Shown: piece by piece, positions 27,301 to 39,173 of the stretch
How the letters are laid out: every line of letters begins with the position of its first letter
Position numbering within the stretch: position 1 is the first letter of the stretch
Virus record (IMG/VR): IMGVR_UViG_3300021400_001615
Coordinates: 96,884 to 160,883 of that record
DNA: 64,000 bases
Strand: one strand, 5' to 3'
DNA from: a virus
Lineage: Duplodnaviria; Caudoviricetes
Made by a program: the position numbers and the translations under genes
Notes under the pieces: model-generated
What the model was told of the DNA's origin: nothing
Database searches by the model: none
Seen by the model: the letters and a program-made list of their open reading frames with translations, nothing else

Positions 27301-30300
27301 CCGGAACTAAGACGCTGACGATTAGATGCGGTTCTACCACAAAGACAATTGTGATTGATGTAACTGAACTGGACATCACAGAGGAAGAAGTTCCCGGCTA
27401 TGATTTCAGATTCAAGGCATCTGAGATGGCTACTAATTCCGCTGTCCAGGCATGGAGTAATTCTTACACTCCTGTTGGTCAGACGGATGCCAAGACGGTA
27501 TCCATGCAGTTCTCCAGAAATTTCGACTGGGTAAATGGTGGTCTCCATACGGAATATGATGAGAACAATCATCTGCGCCAGTATTTCTGTGTACGTGCTG
27601 GTACGAGTGTAACCATTAATTATAACCTGTTTGGTAGAGATTATGACCCGAAGCAGTATGGTAAGAACTTCAAGTTTATTTTCAAGGCCGTAAACTGCCG
27701 TACATATGATGCCAATGTTCTTACATGTATGGATAGTGCTGATAATAATAACGGTGTTGGTCTTGTGATGACAGCCAATGAAGCTACTCTCACTACTGCT
27801 AATAACTCTCTGAAGACTTATTATTATAAGGATTCCTATATTGAATTTGAGACAAATATTTATCCGAATACGAAGTATCCATATCTTCAGTTCTGGATGG
27901 ATGGTTCTCATGATACTACAAAACTTTATGACTCCAGTGATAGCATTCAGCAAGTAACTCCTACCGGAATTACTATTGGTTCGCCTAACTGTGATGTTTA
28001 CATCTACATGATTAAGGCATACCCGATTTATATGTCTAATGATAATGAGATTTCCAACTTTATCATGGACTCTTCGAATGCTTATGACATGGTTGATAGA
28101 TATAATAGAAATAATATTCTTAACGCCAATGGCGAAATTGATTACCAGACATTGGCAACTCTTAATCCGAAACTTCATGTATTGTGTCTAGACATCAATC
28201 GAATGAGTACTGGTAAAAAGGATAACATTGTAGCATATTCTGTGCGACATATTTATAACCAGGGTGGATTAAGTCATTGTTTTACTGTTAATAATGCATG
28301 TGTGACGATTCAGGGTACATCGTCTGTCGGTTATCTTGAATCTGCCGGTAACGTGGATATTAACTTCAAATATAATCGTAGCTTTACAAGTGATAACGTT
28401 TCCTATACAACTGGACAGGTTGAGTTTGATGATGGGACAACCTCGCAAAAGGGTTACTCTATGACCGACAATTCTATTCCGGTTGACTATATGAACGTTA
28501 AGGTAAACGTTGCTTCTTCTGAGAACGCTAACAATGCCAATAATGCTGATTGGTACAATACTTATCAGCCATGGCATTCACCGGCTCGTAGGAAGAACCC
28601 GAAAGCTCGTGACACTATGGAATTTGTTCCAGGCGTTATCTTTATCAGAGATCGCTCTGGTGACCTGTTCTATACCGAACAGCAAGATCCTCAGACTGGT
28701 CAGACCGTAAAGATTCCGGATACGCAGAATTATCACATGTACGGTATTTGTGACATTGGTAACTCCAAGAAGAATACCAAAGTATTCCATGACACTAGCA
28801 ATCCGATTGCTTGCTGTATGGAAGTATCCAACAATACTTCTCTCCCGTGTCTGATGTCTTCTAAGGAATATGAGTGGAATGCTGATGATGACGCTACAGT
28901 TATGGAACGTGATCCGGAAACCGGGGAACTTAAGGAACAGAAGGTATTTGAATTCAGATATATTGACGATGATAATTCAGATACCGTAAAACTTGCGGAA
29001 AAGGCTTGGGACAGATTTGTGTCGTTCATGGTTGACTACAACCCGAACCTTGCCACAAATAAACCTCTTGCCCAACCTGTAACATTTGGCACTTATACAT
29101 TTAAGGGTAGCGGTGAGTATGATACTAGCGCATTTGATAGTGAAGAATATAATGTTGTATATCTGTATGGATATGGTGATCCGGCAGAATTTGGTTATGC
29201 TGCTAGTAAATATGTGACTGATACGAGTGCTGGTGCTACTTGTTATTATTACATTAACTATTCAAATGATCAGATCTATTCTAGTAATGGTACTGCATGG
29301 ACTTCCGCTGGAAGCCTTGTATGGACTAGAGATCAGGATAGCGTACTTGGTGGTTTGAATATTAACACTTATGCCAAGACATATGATACTGACAGCGCAG
29401 AGTATCGTCTTGCCTATATGCTTAATCACTGCGAAGAATATATGATAATGGATCCCGTTGTGTATCATTTCGTATTTATCGAATCATTCCTGATGACTGA
29501 TAGTGTAGCTAAGAATACATTCTGGTCTAGTGATGATCTTGTTCATTGGGAACTTTCGAAGAATTATGATGACGACACTAGTCTGGGCAACGATGAATAA
29601 CATTGTCGTTGTAAAACTCTTTCTAATATACGGCGAACACCCAGAGATGGACAACGCCTTCCAACCGAATTTCGGGGGAACAACGACTGAATGAAAGAGG
29701 CGCAGTTTATCTGCGTATGCAACAGTCTGAACTGCAACTATAATCTAAAAATGAAATTGCAGAGGGATGGTCAAGTGTAAAGACACTTTTGGAAGCACCA
29801 CCCCCGCCTGTTGAAAAACAGGTCATAAAAGTAACAGATTGAATGTTGGTGGCCTTTCGTTCACATACGGCTTGGAAACTGACGATACTGTTGGTTCAAG
29901 TTATGTATTTAATGCTCATGATGCATCCTGGATTACTTTCTGCCGTGGCATATTTGTCGCATGTCAGACAATGTACCGCAATAGAGAAAGCGCAGGATGT
30001 TTCAACTCGGCTAATTATCTTAAAAAGGTAAAGGCTTGGCAGGATGCCAGACCAGAGCGTGTATGGGTAGCAGACGCACAGCGGAAATATCTGCGCCCAT
30101 TTGAGGACAATGGAACCAGAACGTATCTTCCGATGCTTGCCGGACGAAAGACTCATCAGAGAGAACAGGTTAAAACCTATAATGAGTATTACTATGCATC
30201 AAAATATGTGAGTGATCTTTGTACCGCTCAGAATATCATGGTACGTGGTAATACGCCAACTGAATGGCAAGGTGTTGCACCGGCAAATACCGCAACGTTG

Positions 30301-33042
30301 TCAATGTACATTAACTGCTATATTGTTGTTGCTTCTACTAGCTATAACGTTGTTGCTAAGACAAGGGCTGTTCGTGGACAGTCTTATGTCATGGACTTCT
30401 CCACTATTGGTTCAATGGGTGAAACAGAATTGTACTTCTGCTCTGCTCCGATGATTACCGAACTTAGTGGATTAGCGCATCTGTATTTCAAGCAGAACAA
30501 CTTTGCAATGGGTACGAATTTGCAGCGTCTTGAGGTTGGTTCGAATGTGGAAGGTTATTCAAACCAGAACCTTGAGAGCTTAACAATTGGTAACAATAAG
30601 ATGCTTGAATACTTAGATGTTAGAAATTGCCCGAATGCAACTGGCGCACTTGATCTGTCTGGATGCTTATCTCTGAGAGAATTATATCTTGATAATACCG
30701 CATTTACTGGTATTACATTCGCAACTGGTGGACTTCTTGAAGTTGCCCATCTTCCACATCCGACAGTAATAACAATGCGTGAACTTATTTATCTCCAGAA
30801 ACTTCTGCTTGAAGGTTCTGATAACATAACAACTCTGAGGATTGAGGATTGTGATTTTGATGATGCTACCGAGTTAACAATCGGTGACACTACTACTCCG
30901 CAATCCACAATGGATATCACGTTAAATCTTGTCAATTCCTCGCCATTACTTAACAGAGTAAGGTTAATAGGTCTTGACTGGATTGTACCAGAAACAAAAG
31001 TACTAAACAGGTTGATTGGATTTGCCGGTATTGGAGATAACGGATATGATTCTGCTCAATCAATATTAACTGGTAAAACTTACGTCAACGGTTCTATCCG
31101 TGTAAGAGAGATCAATGCATACCATGATACATGGCCATATTTGACTGTAACTTATGATCCTAATAATGTAGTTGAACAGTATCCGATCACGTTTGCTAAC
31201 TATGATGGCTCTGAATTATATGTAGAATATGTTGACCGTGGTTCTGCGCCCGTTGATCCGGTATCCGAGGGTTATATTGATACGCCGACCAAACCGAGTG
31301 ATGCACAGTATACTTATACATATAGTGGTTGGGATGATCTGTCTACGATTGCTCTTGGACCAAGGACTGTCACCGCTCAATACACGGAAACAATCAGAAC
31401 ATATACTATCACATGGTATTCTCGTGCCGGTGTTCCGCTTTATAGCACCCAGGCTGAATATGGTTCTGAAGCTGTCTATGGTGGAAATTGGCCCACAAGA
31501 ACAGATGGTGAAGCTAGTTATCATTACTATCTGTTTAATGGATGGGATAAGTCAACTGGGTTTATTACAGGTGATACTGATGTATATGCAATCTGGGAAG
31601 AGGCTTATTCCGTTGATAGTACTAAAGCCTTGAATGATATGAGTTGGGCAGAACTGTATGCACTTAGCCGTTCTACTTCTACTGCTATTAATTTCGTAGA
31701 AAAGGACGATAAGGAAATACAATTCGGTAGAGATTTCACATTTAGCAATGTAGAGTCAGAGACATTATTAGAGAATGAATGGTTTGATGGTTCAAGGTAT
31801 GTTGGCACTGATATTACATTATTTGATGCCAATGCAAGAACATTTACTCTTGCTATTGATTTTGAATACTATAATACTGAAGCTAATGCATCTCTTGCTT
31901 CTTGTTTTGTTGAACAAGGTAATGAAGGTTTCAGATTGAGATGTTCTAATGGACAACCTCAAATTCAGTGGGGCGATCAATATGGTCGTGTTGCTACGGG
32001 AAGTGATCGTGGAATTATAGTTATGAGACATATTAAAGGCTCAGATACTTTATGGTTGTACGCATTTAATCCAAATAGCTCAACTGACTACGCCGATGAA
32101 ATCACCAGATATCAACTCACGAGAACAAGATCTACAAATACTGATGCCACTCTTGGATTTGGTGCTGTTAAATTCTCAGACGGTGGCTATGATTTCTATG
32201 CTCAAGGTTGGATTTATTGGGCAAAGATTTGGTATGACGATCTGGGCGATACTAATGCCAGAGAACTTGCATGTTGGCCACATGAAATTTATCATGCAGA
32301 ATTCTTAGATTCTTAGGCTCGTTATAGAGTTCCCGGTGGTGGTAGCCAGACTGCTAGATTGAACTTTATGTTTAACGAAACACTGAGGTGTGGTCATGTA
32401 ATTAATGCCAGCGAAGAAAATGCGGGTGGATGGCCAGTAACAGATATGAGAAATTTCTTAAATACTCGCGTATTGAGAGCTTTACCAATTGATTGTAGGT
32501 CTGCATTACGCTTAGTAACCATTAAGTCTAGTGCCGGTTCTGGGTCATCTGAAATTGTATATTCGCAGGATTATCTGTTTGCGCCATCTTATACAGAAAT
32601 GGGTGGAACAACGTCTATACCATATACTGAAGAGGGTGCGCATTTTGGATGGTATAATAGTAATGAGTTTCGTGTAAAATATAGAGGAATTCTTGTACCG
32701 GATTACAAACATGTGTATACAACTAGTTCGGATCCGTCTGGAACCTCTTCTAATAACGTTCAAGCCGGTGACTTGTGGCGTAATAACAGTTATGGTATCT
32801 ATTATATGTATATTCCAAAAGAAATTCATAATAAGCATAATTACAATAATGCAGATGGGTATTATGAATATACAGTCGCTGCCGCTGATGGAAATGGGTT
32901 GTGGATAGCTTCGGCTACTTATGCTACACGTTCACCAGATATACAGTTCAACACGAATTATCATATTATTTCTCAATATGGCTATATTAGTTCTTAGCAA
33001 CTCAATTACCCAGTTTCTATCTGTCCTTGCTTTGCTATCTGA
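24336..33042 (+). CDS. Giant tail-associated protein (2,819 aa, exons 24336..29594 and 29842..33042): BppU-like N-terminus, CotH-kinase-like region, LRR, InlB-B-type repeats, DUF6273-like C-terminus; TAG=Gln
   Basis: ATG 24336 has an RBS. TAGs occur only at 24411, 24474, 24483, 32314 and 32995. Motifs IQGTSS, KVNVASSE, MTDSVAKN and YDDDTSLGND|NVGGLSF; LRR LEYLDVRNC...LDLSGCLSLRELYLDNT; YTYTYSGWD/YLFNGWD repeats; GGWPVTDMRNFLN...TRSP...ICPCFAI. Confidence 0.8.
29595..29841 (+). mobile_element. ORF-less group I intron (247 nt)
   Basis: P1 GCAACGAU/GUCGUUGU with U.G at 29594. P10 AACATT (29599-29604) pairs with the exon start AATGTT (29842-29847). P3 CTCTTTC/GAAAGAG, P7 GACTG/CAGTC, and P9-region hairpins are present. 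Terminal G is at 29841. Splicing fuses the 1649-aa and 825-aa ORFs in frame. Confidence 0.9.
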
Positions 33043-33057
33043 TTGGAGGTGGAATAA

Positions 33058-33720
33058 ATGTTGTACTTTAAGATTTATAACGGTCAGAATGTAATTGCTG
33101 TTTGTACTGACCTGAATTTTGTTCGTTATCAAAAGAAACATAATATCCTCCTCTCATGTGATAAGGATCATGTCTAGTACATATTATTAGATGATAAACT
33201 TTATCGTGATAGTTGGATGAAGCCAGAAGTAGATAATCCTCTGGAATACACATATACTACTATCGTTGCTATTAATGAGGATGAATACGAGGTTCTTCGC
33301 AAAGCACTTGAAACTGATGAGGTAGTGCCAGAACCGATTGTCCAGGAACATGTCGAAAAACCGGACATTGAATCAGCAGAACCGGACATTGAGTATGTTC
33401 GTGATATGAAGATTAAGGAACTTAGTCTTGCATGTCGAAATGCTATACTCTCCGGTTTTGATTATAATGACAAGCACTACTCTCTCGCTATTGAGGATCA
33501 GCTTGAATTGCAATCCTGCTATCTGAGAGCTATCAATGGTGAGAATTGTCTCTATCATGCTGATGGCGAAATGTATCAGACATATTCAGCCGAGGATATT
33601 ATTGCTATGTATAATAAGGCCGAAGATTTGAAAACGCATCATCGAATCTACTTCAATACACTGAAGCAGAAAGTGCTTGGTTTGAAGACCATGAAAGAGA
33701 TTGATGCCGTAAAATACTGA
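33058..33720 (+). CDS. Tail fibre assembly-like protein (DUF4376-like C-terminus), TAG=Gln
   Basis: GGAGG RBS, ATG 33058 and one TAG at 33175. KIKELSLACRNAILSGF...HYSLAIEDQ...YHADGE...IDAVKY. Confidence 0.65.
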
Positions 33721-33773
33721 TTAACATGAGGGTGGAAATTTCCACCCTCTATTTAAATAGGAGGTGGTGTGAC

Positions 33774-34118
33774 ATGCTTACTATTAATAAAACAAATATT
33801 GACCTCACTCGTGGGGATTCTGCCTATATCACCATTGAAGTTACTGACGCACAGGGTGTTCCGCTTGAGTTGACATCCAGAGACATTATTCGTGTACAGG
33901 TCAGGTATGAGACTGATGGTGGAAGGGTCTTGTTTGATGGGCAGATTCACAGGAGCGATGAAGGGATCTTATGGCATATCCGCCCCGAAGACACGGATGG
34001 CGTTGAGCCAATGGATTATGTATGGGATGCACAGGTAGAATTTGCTGACGGAGATATATTCACGTTTATTCCTGTTAGCAGATTTCGTGTGTTGTCCGAA
34101 GTTACGGAGGTGGATTGA
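33774..34118 (+). CDS. BppU-N-terminal-like baseplate protein (copy 1)
   Basis: GGAGG RBS. IDLTRGDS...IRPEDT...YVWDAQV...FRVLSEVT. Confidence 0.65.
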   Translation: MLTINKTNIDLTRGDSAYITIEVTDAQGVPLELTSRDIIRVQVRYETDGGRVLFDGQIHRSDEGILWHIRPEDTDGVEPMDYVWDAQVEFADGDIFTFIPVSRFRVLSEVTEVD

Positions 34119-34121
34119 TCT

Positions 34122-34505
34122 ATGCCAAGGATAAGTGATTTAACCGGATCAATTTCGGCTCAGAAAATTATTAGAGGTAGTATCAATCTAACGTTATACC
34201 ATGGACTTTCGGCTTATGAATTGGCCGTGGAAAATGGGTTCGTTGGTACAGAGGAAGAATGGTTAGACTCATTAAAAGCTCCCGGTGTAGCTTTTCGAAT
34301 CAATGGTACTATCCTGCAATATAAATATGATAATCAAGACACATGGATTGACTTGATTGATATTAGTACTATAGAAAATTATGAACTCTTGGGTAATTTG
34401 CCAACCATTGAGGGCAACGAATTCAAGGGTGAAATGGGTGATTATGTTATGACCCCAGGTGACGAATTAAGCAATCTTGAGATTGCGGAAATATTAAAGC
34501 AGTGA
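34122..34505 (+). CDS. Phage structural/adaptor protein (copy 1)
   Basis: SAYELAVENGFVGTEEEWLDSL motif. Paralog of 39174. Confidence 0.6.
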   Translation: MPRISDLTGSISAQKIIRGSINLTLYHGLSAYELAVENGFVGTEEEWLDSLKAPGVAFRINGTILQYKYDNQDTWIDLIDISTIENYELLGNLPTIEGNEFKGEMGDYVMTPGDELSNLEIAEILKQ

Positions 34506-34521
34506 AAGGGGGATATTTATT

Positions 34522-35646
34522 ATGGCTAAACCAAGCTTTTTGAGTGAAAATGGTCTGACTTATTTTTGGAGTTAGATAAAAAATCTTTTAGCTGGCAAGG
34601 TAGATAAAGAAACTGGTAAAGGTCTGAGTACAAATGATTATTCCACAACAGAAAAAGATAAATTAAATAATATTCAGGCTAACGCTCAAGTTAATGCTAT
34701 TGAAGCTATTAAAGTAAACGGTACTGTATAGGCGATTGAGAATAAAACGGTAGACATCACTGTTAGCACATTTGATCTTTCGGATCGTATGGCCAAAGGT
34801 GCGGGACAAAATAGCGTCATTGTTGGAACAATTTCTGGGAATTCGTCAAATGTAGCAACTGGTGAGGATTCTTATGCTTAGGGTAGACGCAATACTGCTT
34901 CTGGATTATGTAGCCACGCAGAGGGTTATTATTCTAAGGCTACCGGTGATGAGGCTCACGCAGAGGGTTACAACACGACAGCATCTGGGAATTATTCACA
35001 CGCCGAGGGCTATTTTAGTGAAGCGTCTAATGGCTTTGCTCATGCTGAGGGATCAAGTACTGTAGCTTCTGGTCCAGAGGCCCACGCTGAGGGTGCAACC
35101 ACGGTTTCGAGCGGTGCTGCATCACATTCAGAGGGCTGGTATACTATCGCTAATCATAAATCATAGCACGTATTTGGTGAATTTAATATTGAGGATGATT
35201 CGACAAATGAGAATATTGCCAGGGGTAACTATGTTGAAATTGTTGGTAATGGTTAGACTAAACAAAACAGATCGAATGCTAGAACACTGGACTGGAATGG
35301 TAATGAAGTTCTTTCTGGGAAATTAACAGTTGGTATTGCTCCGGCTAATGATATGGATGTTACTACCAAAAAATATGTTGATGATGCTGTAGATTCGTTA
35401 ACTCAATCTATTGAGGGAATTACCGGAATTGATTTTGTAGTGGTTCAAGAACTTCCCGAAACTGGGGAAAATGGTATTATCTATCTTGTGCCTCATTCTC
35501 ATGATGTTAATGATGGATATGATGAATACATTTGGATTAATAGCGGATTTGAAAAGTTGGGTTGCGCAAATATTGATTTATCCGGTTATGTTGAGGTGAC
35601 TGATACCATTACTAACGCACAAATTGATTCTATATTAGCTACTTGA
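34522..35646 (+). CDS. Fibre protein with YadA-head-like SHAEG repeats, TAG=Gln, 374 aa
   Basis: KVDKETGKGLSTNDY motif and several xHAEG repeats. C-terminal VVQELPETGENGIIYLV...YDEYIW...IDLSGY module. Confidence 0.7.
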
Positions 35647-35660
35647 TCGGAGGTGATCAT

Positions 35661-36284
35661 ATGGCTTTTTTAGATTATGAGGGATTACAAAGGTATCACA
35701 ATGGTATTCGACAAATAATTTCTTCCGACATATCAACTGCTATTTAGAACCTAATAAAAACCAGATTTCATGTTTGTCAATCAGATGAGTATGACGCACA
35801 AACTCTTGTCCCAACGTTACAGGGTGAGCTTGGCATTATCTATCTTGTCCCGAAATCATCTGGTGGTTCATCTGATGACTCACCTAGTGGTACTGCAATC
35901 GTTGGAACAGCTACGGTTGGAACCGCCATAGTTGGTGATGGTGGCTCTGGAAGTAATAGCGGAAGTTCTGGAAATAGCAATGCTATTGTTGGCACTGCAA
36001 CTGTTGGTACTGCTACGGTAGGCAATGGAAGTTCTGGTAGCAATCTGCCGATTGTTGGACAGGCAATAGTCGGTTCTGCTGTGATTGGCGGTACAGATGA
36101 TAGTTCTAGTGATGATGATACTGGCGATGATAACAACATTTACTATGAATACATTTATGTTAATGATAAATTTGAAAAAATTGGAAGTACCGACGTTGAT
36201 CTTAGTGGATACCTGAAAGAATCAGATATAGCGTCTGATTCGTCTGTGGACACTATGTTAGCTTAGGTGTTTAGGCACAAATAA
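35661..36284 (+). CDS. Fibre-like protein with three AIVGTATVG-type repeats, TAG=Gln
   Basis: GGAGG RBS. MAFLDYEGL N-terminus, GIIYLVP, and YYEYIYVNDKFEKIGSTDVDLSGY. Ends TAA 36284. Confidence 0.7.
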
Positions 36285-36295
36285 GGAGGTGCTTT

Positions 36296-36655
36296 ATGGC
36301 AGATCTGTGGAAAGATGGAGATGTTATTACGGCGGATAAATTAAATAGGATCGTGTTCTGTGGAATGACTGAGCATGATAATGAAGACGACGATGGCTAT
36401 ACGATCACACTTGATATTACGCCAGATGATATATTGGATGAAAACGGCTATAAACCACGTATGATTATTGGGTCGATGGTTGATGGCCTGGTTTAGATGA
36501 GTATGATTTTTCTTGACAGCGCTGTTAGTGCTAGTGAGAATTATAAATTGAAAGGTTTTACAGTTCAAAGCGGTGCTGTTGAGTCGCTTGATTTTATAGC
36601 ATCAACTAGATCTGATTTCTATACGTATACATATGTTGATTCGTAGAATACATAA
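36296..36655 (+). CDS. Small paralog 1 of the WKDGDVITA(D/E)KLN family, TAG=Gln
   Basis: RBS. Reads through TAG 36494 and 36644 to TAA. C-terminal ASTRSDFY. Confidence 0.7.
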
Positions 36656-36700
36656 ACACTTATGTATGAAATTAAATTAATATGAAAGGAGAAAATAAAT

Positions 36701-37069
36701 ATGGCAATGGTTGTTAATCCAGAAATTCAAAAAGCTGATTTATGGAAAGACGGTGATGTAATCACCGCAGAAAAGTTGAATAGGATTGTGTTTGCTGGCT
36801 CTATAGAGGTTGGTGATGTTGCTGGTACGATCAAGTTGAATATTACTCCCGATGATGTATTTGATGAAAATGGTGCTGCAAAGAGTTTAGTGATTATCAT
36901 CGATGGTGAATAGCTATCAAATGGGTATTCTACGGGTTTTATAATCGCAAATGAATTGTTTTCTAATACCAATGACAACACATATTCGGTTGTTTATGAT
37001 ACAAAAACATTTATGGCATCCTCAAGAACTGATTATTTCACCTTGTAGAATGAGAATCCTGACGAATAA
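36701..37069 (+). CDS. Small paralog 2 of the WKDGDVITA(D/E)KLN family, TAG=Gln
   Basis: RBS. Reads through TAG 36911. C-terminal ASSRTDYF. Confidence 0.7.
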
Positions 37070-37086
37070 TGAAAGGAGTGAATAAT

Positions 37087-37425
37087 ATGGCAGATTTATG
37101 GAAAGATGGAGATGTAATTACTGCGGAGAAATTAAATAGAATTGTGTTTGCTAATGTCACGGCGACTGATAGTGGAAATATCTTATAGTTGGATATTACT
37201 CCATAGGATGTATTTAACGAAAATAATATCCCGACAAATTTCGTAGTTATTCGTTATCTTAATGGTACTGCTTGTATGTATTCTTTTGCATATGGACTTG
37301 GCTTTGTTGAAGATAAGTATATGATTGCCATTAATATTGATGGTAACGATTCGTCATTCACGGCATCCTCAAGAACCGATTATTTTACTACGGCTGATGA
37401 GAGTGGTGGTAATACCCCGGAATGA
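37087..37425 (+). CDS. Small paralog 3 of the WKDGDVITA(D/E)KLN family, TAG=Gln (absent from ORF track)
   Basis: AAGGAG RBS. MADLWKDGDVITAEKLNRIVF...LDITP*DVF...ASSRTDYF. Ends TGA. Confidence 0.7.
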
Positions 37426-37470
37426 TATCCGCAAACACAATTTATCTTTAATATGAAATGAGGTGATAAT

Positions 37471-37860
37471 TTGTTAATCACATTAGAACAACTTAAAACA
37501 TCTCTTTAGAAAACGAAAGAATATATAAATGATGAAATAGACAGCCTTGAGGATTATGTTGATAGTAATTTTATTACTAATGCTAACGTTGTTACTGTCG
37601 GCGGCACATCTCCTGAAATTACTGCCGAAGAAAATGCCCGGTATATCTGCGGTGAAGTAACATCTCTGTCGTTTACGCCGTGTGCATCCGGTATCTGTGA
37701 TGTACAATTCACGTCCGGTTCAACGGTTGCAGTACTAACTCTGCCAAGTACGGTAAAATTCCCGGACTGGTTTGATCCGACGAGTTTGGAAACAAATACC
37801 GTCTATGAGATCAATATTCTCGACGGTGTATATGGGGTGGTGATGTCGTGGGTAGCTTAA
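37471..37860 (+). CDS. Hypothetical tail-associated protein, TTG start, TAG=Gln
   Basis: GAGGTG RBS. YICGEVTSLSF...FTSGST...LPSTVKFP...YEINILDG. Confidence 0.6.
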
Positions 37861-38459
37861 TGGAATTGAGAAGAAGAATGATAATGAATTCTACGCCAAG
37901 TTATCTGATATTGCCATCTGAGTACGAAAAATTACCATATATCACGGCAAATGGCAACCAGGCAATTAGAACAATAACTTATGTTCCTATGTAGTACGAT
38001 GAATTCCATATAAGGCTTAATAGGGCTAGTGGTACAATTTTATCTGCCGGAGCAGGAACATATCAGTTGGCGTTAATCGGCGGGTTCAATCAGACCGGAT
38101 GGTATTACAGATATTTTAGTTCAGGTACAGTAGAGGTACAAGCAAATTATACGGTTGGTAACTGGTATGATATAGATATCGATAGCAATGGTGTGCTATC
38201 CACAAATGGACAACAATTTACTGGCACATATGTCGCACCGCTTGATGGAACGGCAACTAACCTGTTCTTATTTGAAAGAAGAAATTGGGCGTAGCAATAT
38301 AGTGGTAGTGTTTCAGAATTTTGGATTAAGAACAATGGTAAGTATAAAATGTATATGATCCCATGTAGAAGAATATCAGACCAGAAGGTTGGTATGTATG
38401 ATACTATTGGTAAAACATTCCATACATCTTCAAGAAGTGACTTTATTGCAGGAACCTAA
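37860..38459 (+). CDS. Hypothetical tail-associated beta-rich protein, TAG=Gln
   Basis: TAATG-coupled to the previous gene. LPSEYEKLPYITANGNQ...IPCRRISDQKVGMYDT...FIAG. Confidence 0.6.
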
Positions 38460-38473
38460 AGGAGGAAATCATT

Positions 38474-38731
38474 ATGACACAGTATTATATTATCGAAGTG
38501 AAGAAACTTGCTTCGGGTGAATTTGAGCATACAGTTCACTGGGCATTTGATGCGGATGCTACTACTGCTCGTTTGAAAGCGGAAAGTAAGTATCATGAAA
38601 TTTTGTCCGCTGCCGCTGTTAGCACATATGAATAGCACTCTGCCACTCTTCTGACCTCTGATGGTCGTGCTGTTATGAATCAGTGCTACAGACACGAAGT
38701 TGCTGAACCCGAAGTAGAACCAACTGAGTAA
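38474..38731 (+). CDS. Small hypothetical protein, TAG=Gln
   Basis: GGAGG RBS. MTQYYIIEV...AESKYHEILSAAAVS. One TAG. Confidence 0.6.
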
Positions 38732-38738
38732 TGAATTG

Positions 38739-38766
38739 AGGCTACCCATTGCGGTAGCCTTATTTT
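38739..38766 (+). terminator. Hairpin plus U-tract
   Basis: AGGCTACC-loop-GGTAGCCT-TATTTT. Confidence 0.6.
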
Positions 38767-38784
38767 AAAAGGAGGTGAAAAACT

Positions 38785-39129
38785 ATGTCGGTAACAATTA
38801 GAGAAAATAAAAATACAATTTTGATGACGAAACAAGATACCCTCTTAACGACCATTAATATTACGGATGCAGATGGCAATCCATACATCCCAGCGGAAAC
38901 AGATAGGTTACAATTTGCGCTTAAAAGAGACTATGATGATCGGAAAGTTCTTATACATAAGGATATTCCAATTGACACTATGGAATTGCGAGTTGATTCC
39001 GAGGATACTAAGAATTTATAGCAATCAGAGACTTATTGTTATGATATCCAGTTAACATACGGTGACGGAATTGTAGACACGATAATAAGTGGGAAACTGA
39101 GGTTGCTCCCAGAGGTATGTGACACATAA
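38785..39129 (+). CDS. BppU-N-terminal-like baseplate protein (copy 2), TAG=Gln
   Basis: ILMTKQDT...VDSEDTKNL*...YCYDIQL...LRLLPEV. Paralog of 33774. Confidence 0.65.
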
Positions 39130-39173
39130 CTATTATTAGTATTAACTAATCAATAATTAAGGAGGGATGATAT

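Noticed and set aside
29595-29841. Programmed frameshift or two separate genes at 29600/29839
   Set aside because: P1, P10, P3 and P7 pairings and the in-frame motif restoration fit a group I intron better.
32860-33042. DGR variable region in the DUF6273-like C-terminus
   Set aside because: No template repeat or reverse transcriptase was seen in the window, so it cannot be supported here.
36296-37425. CRISPR-like repeats
   Set aside because: The repeats are coding paralog N-termini about 360-430 nt apart with synonymous variation.
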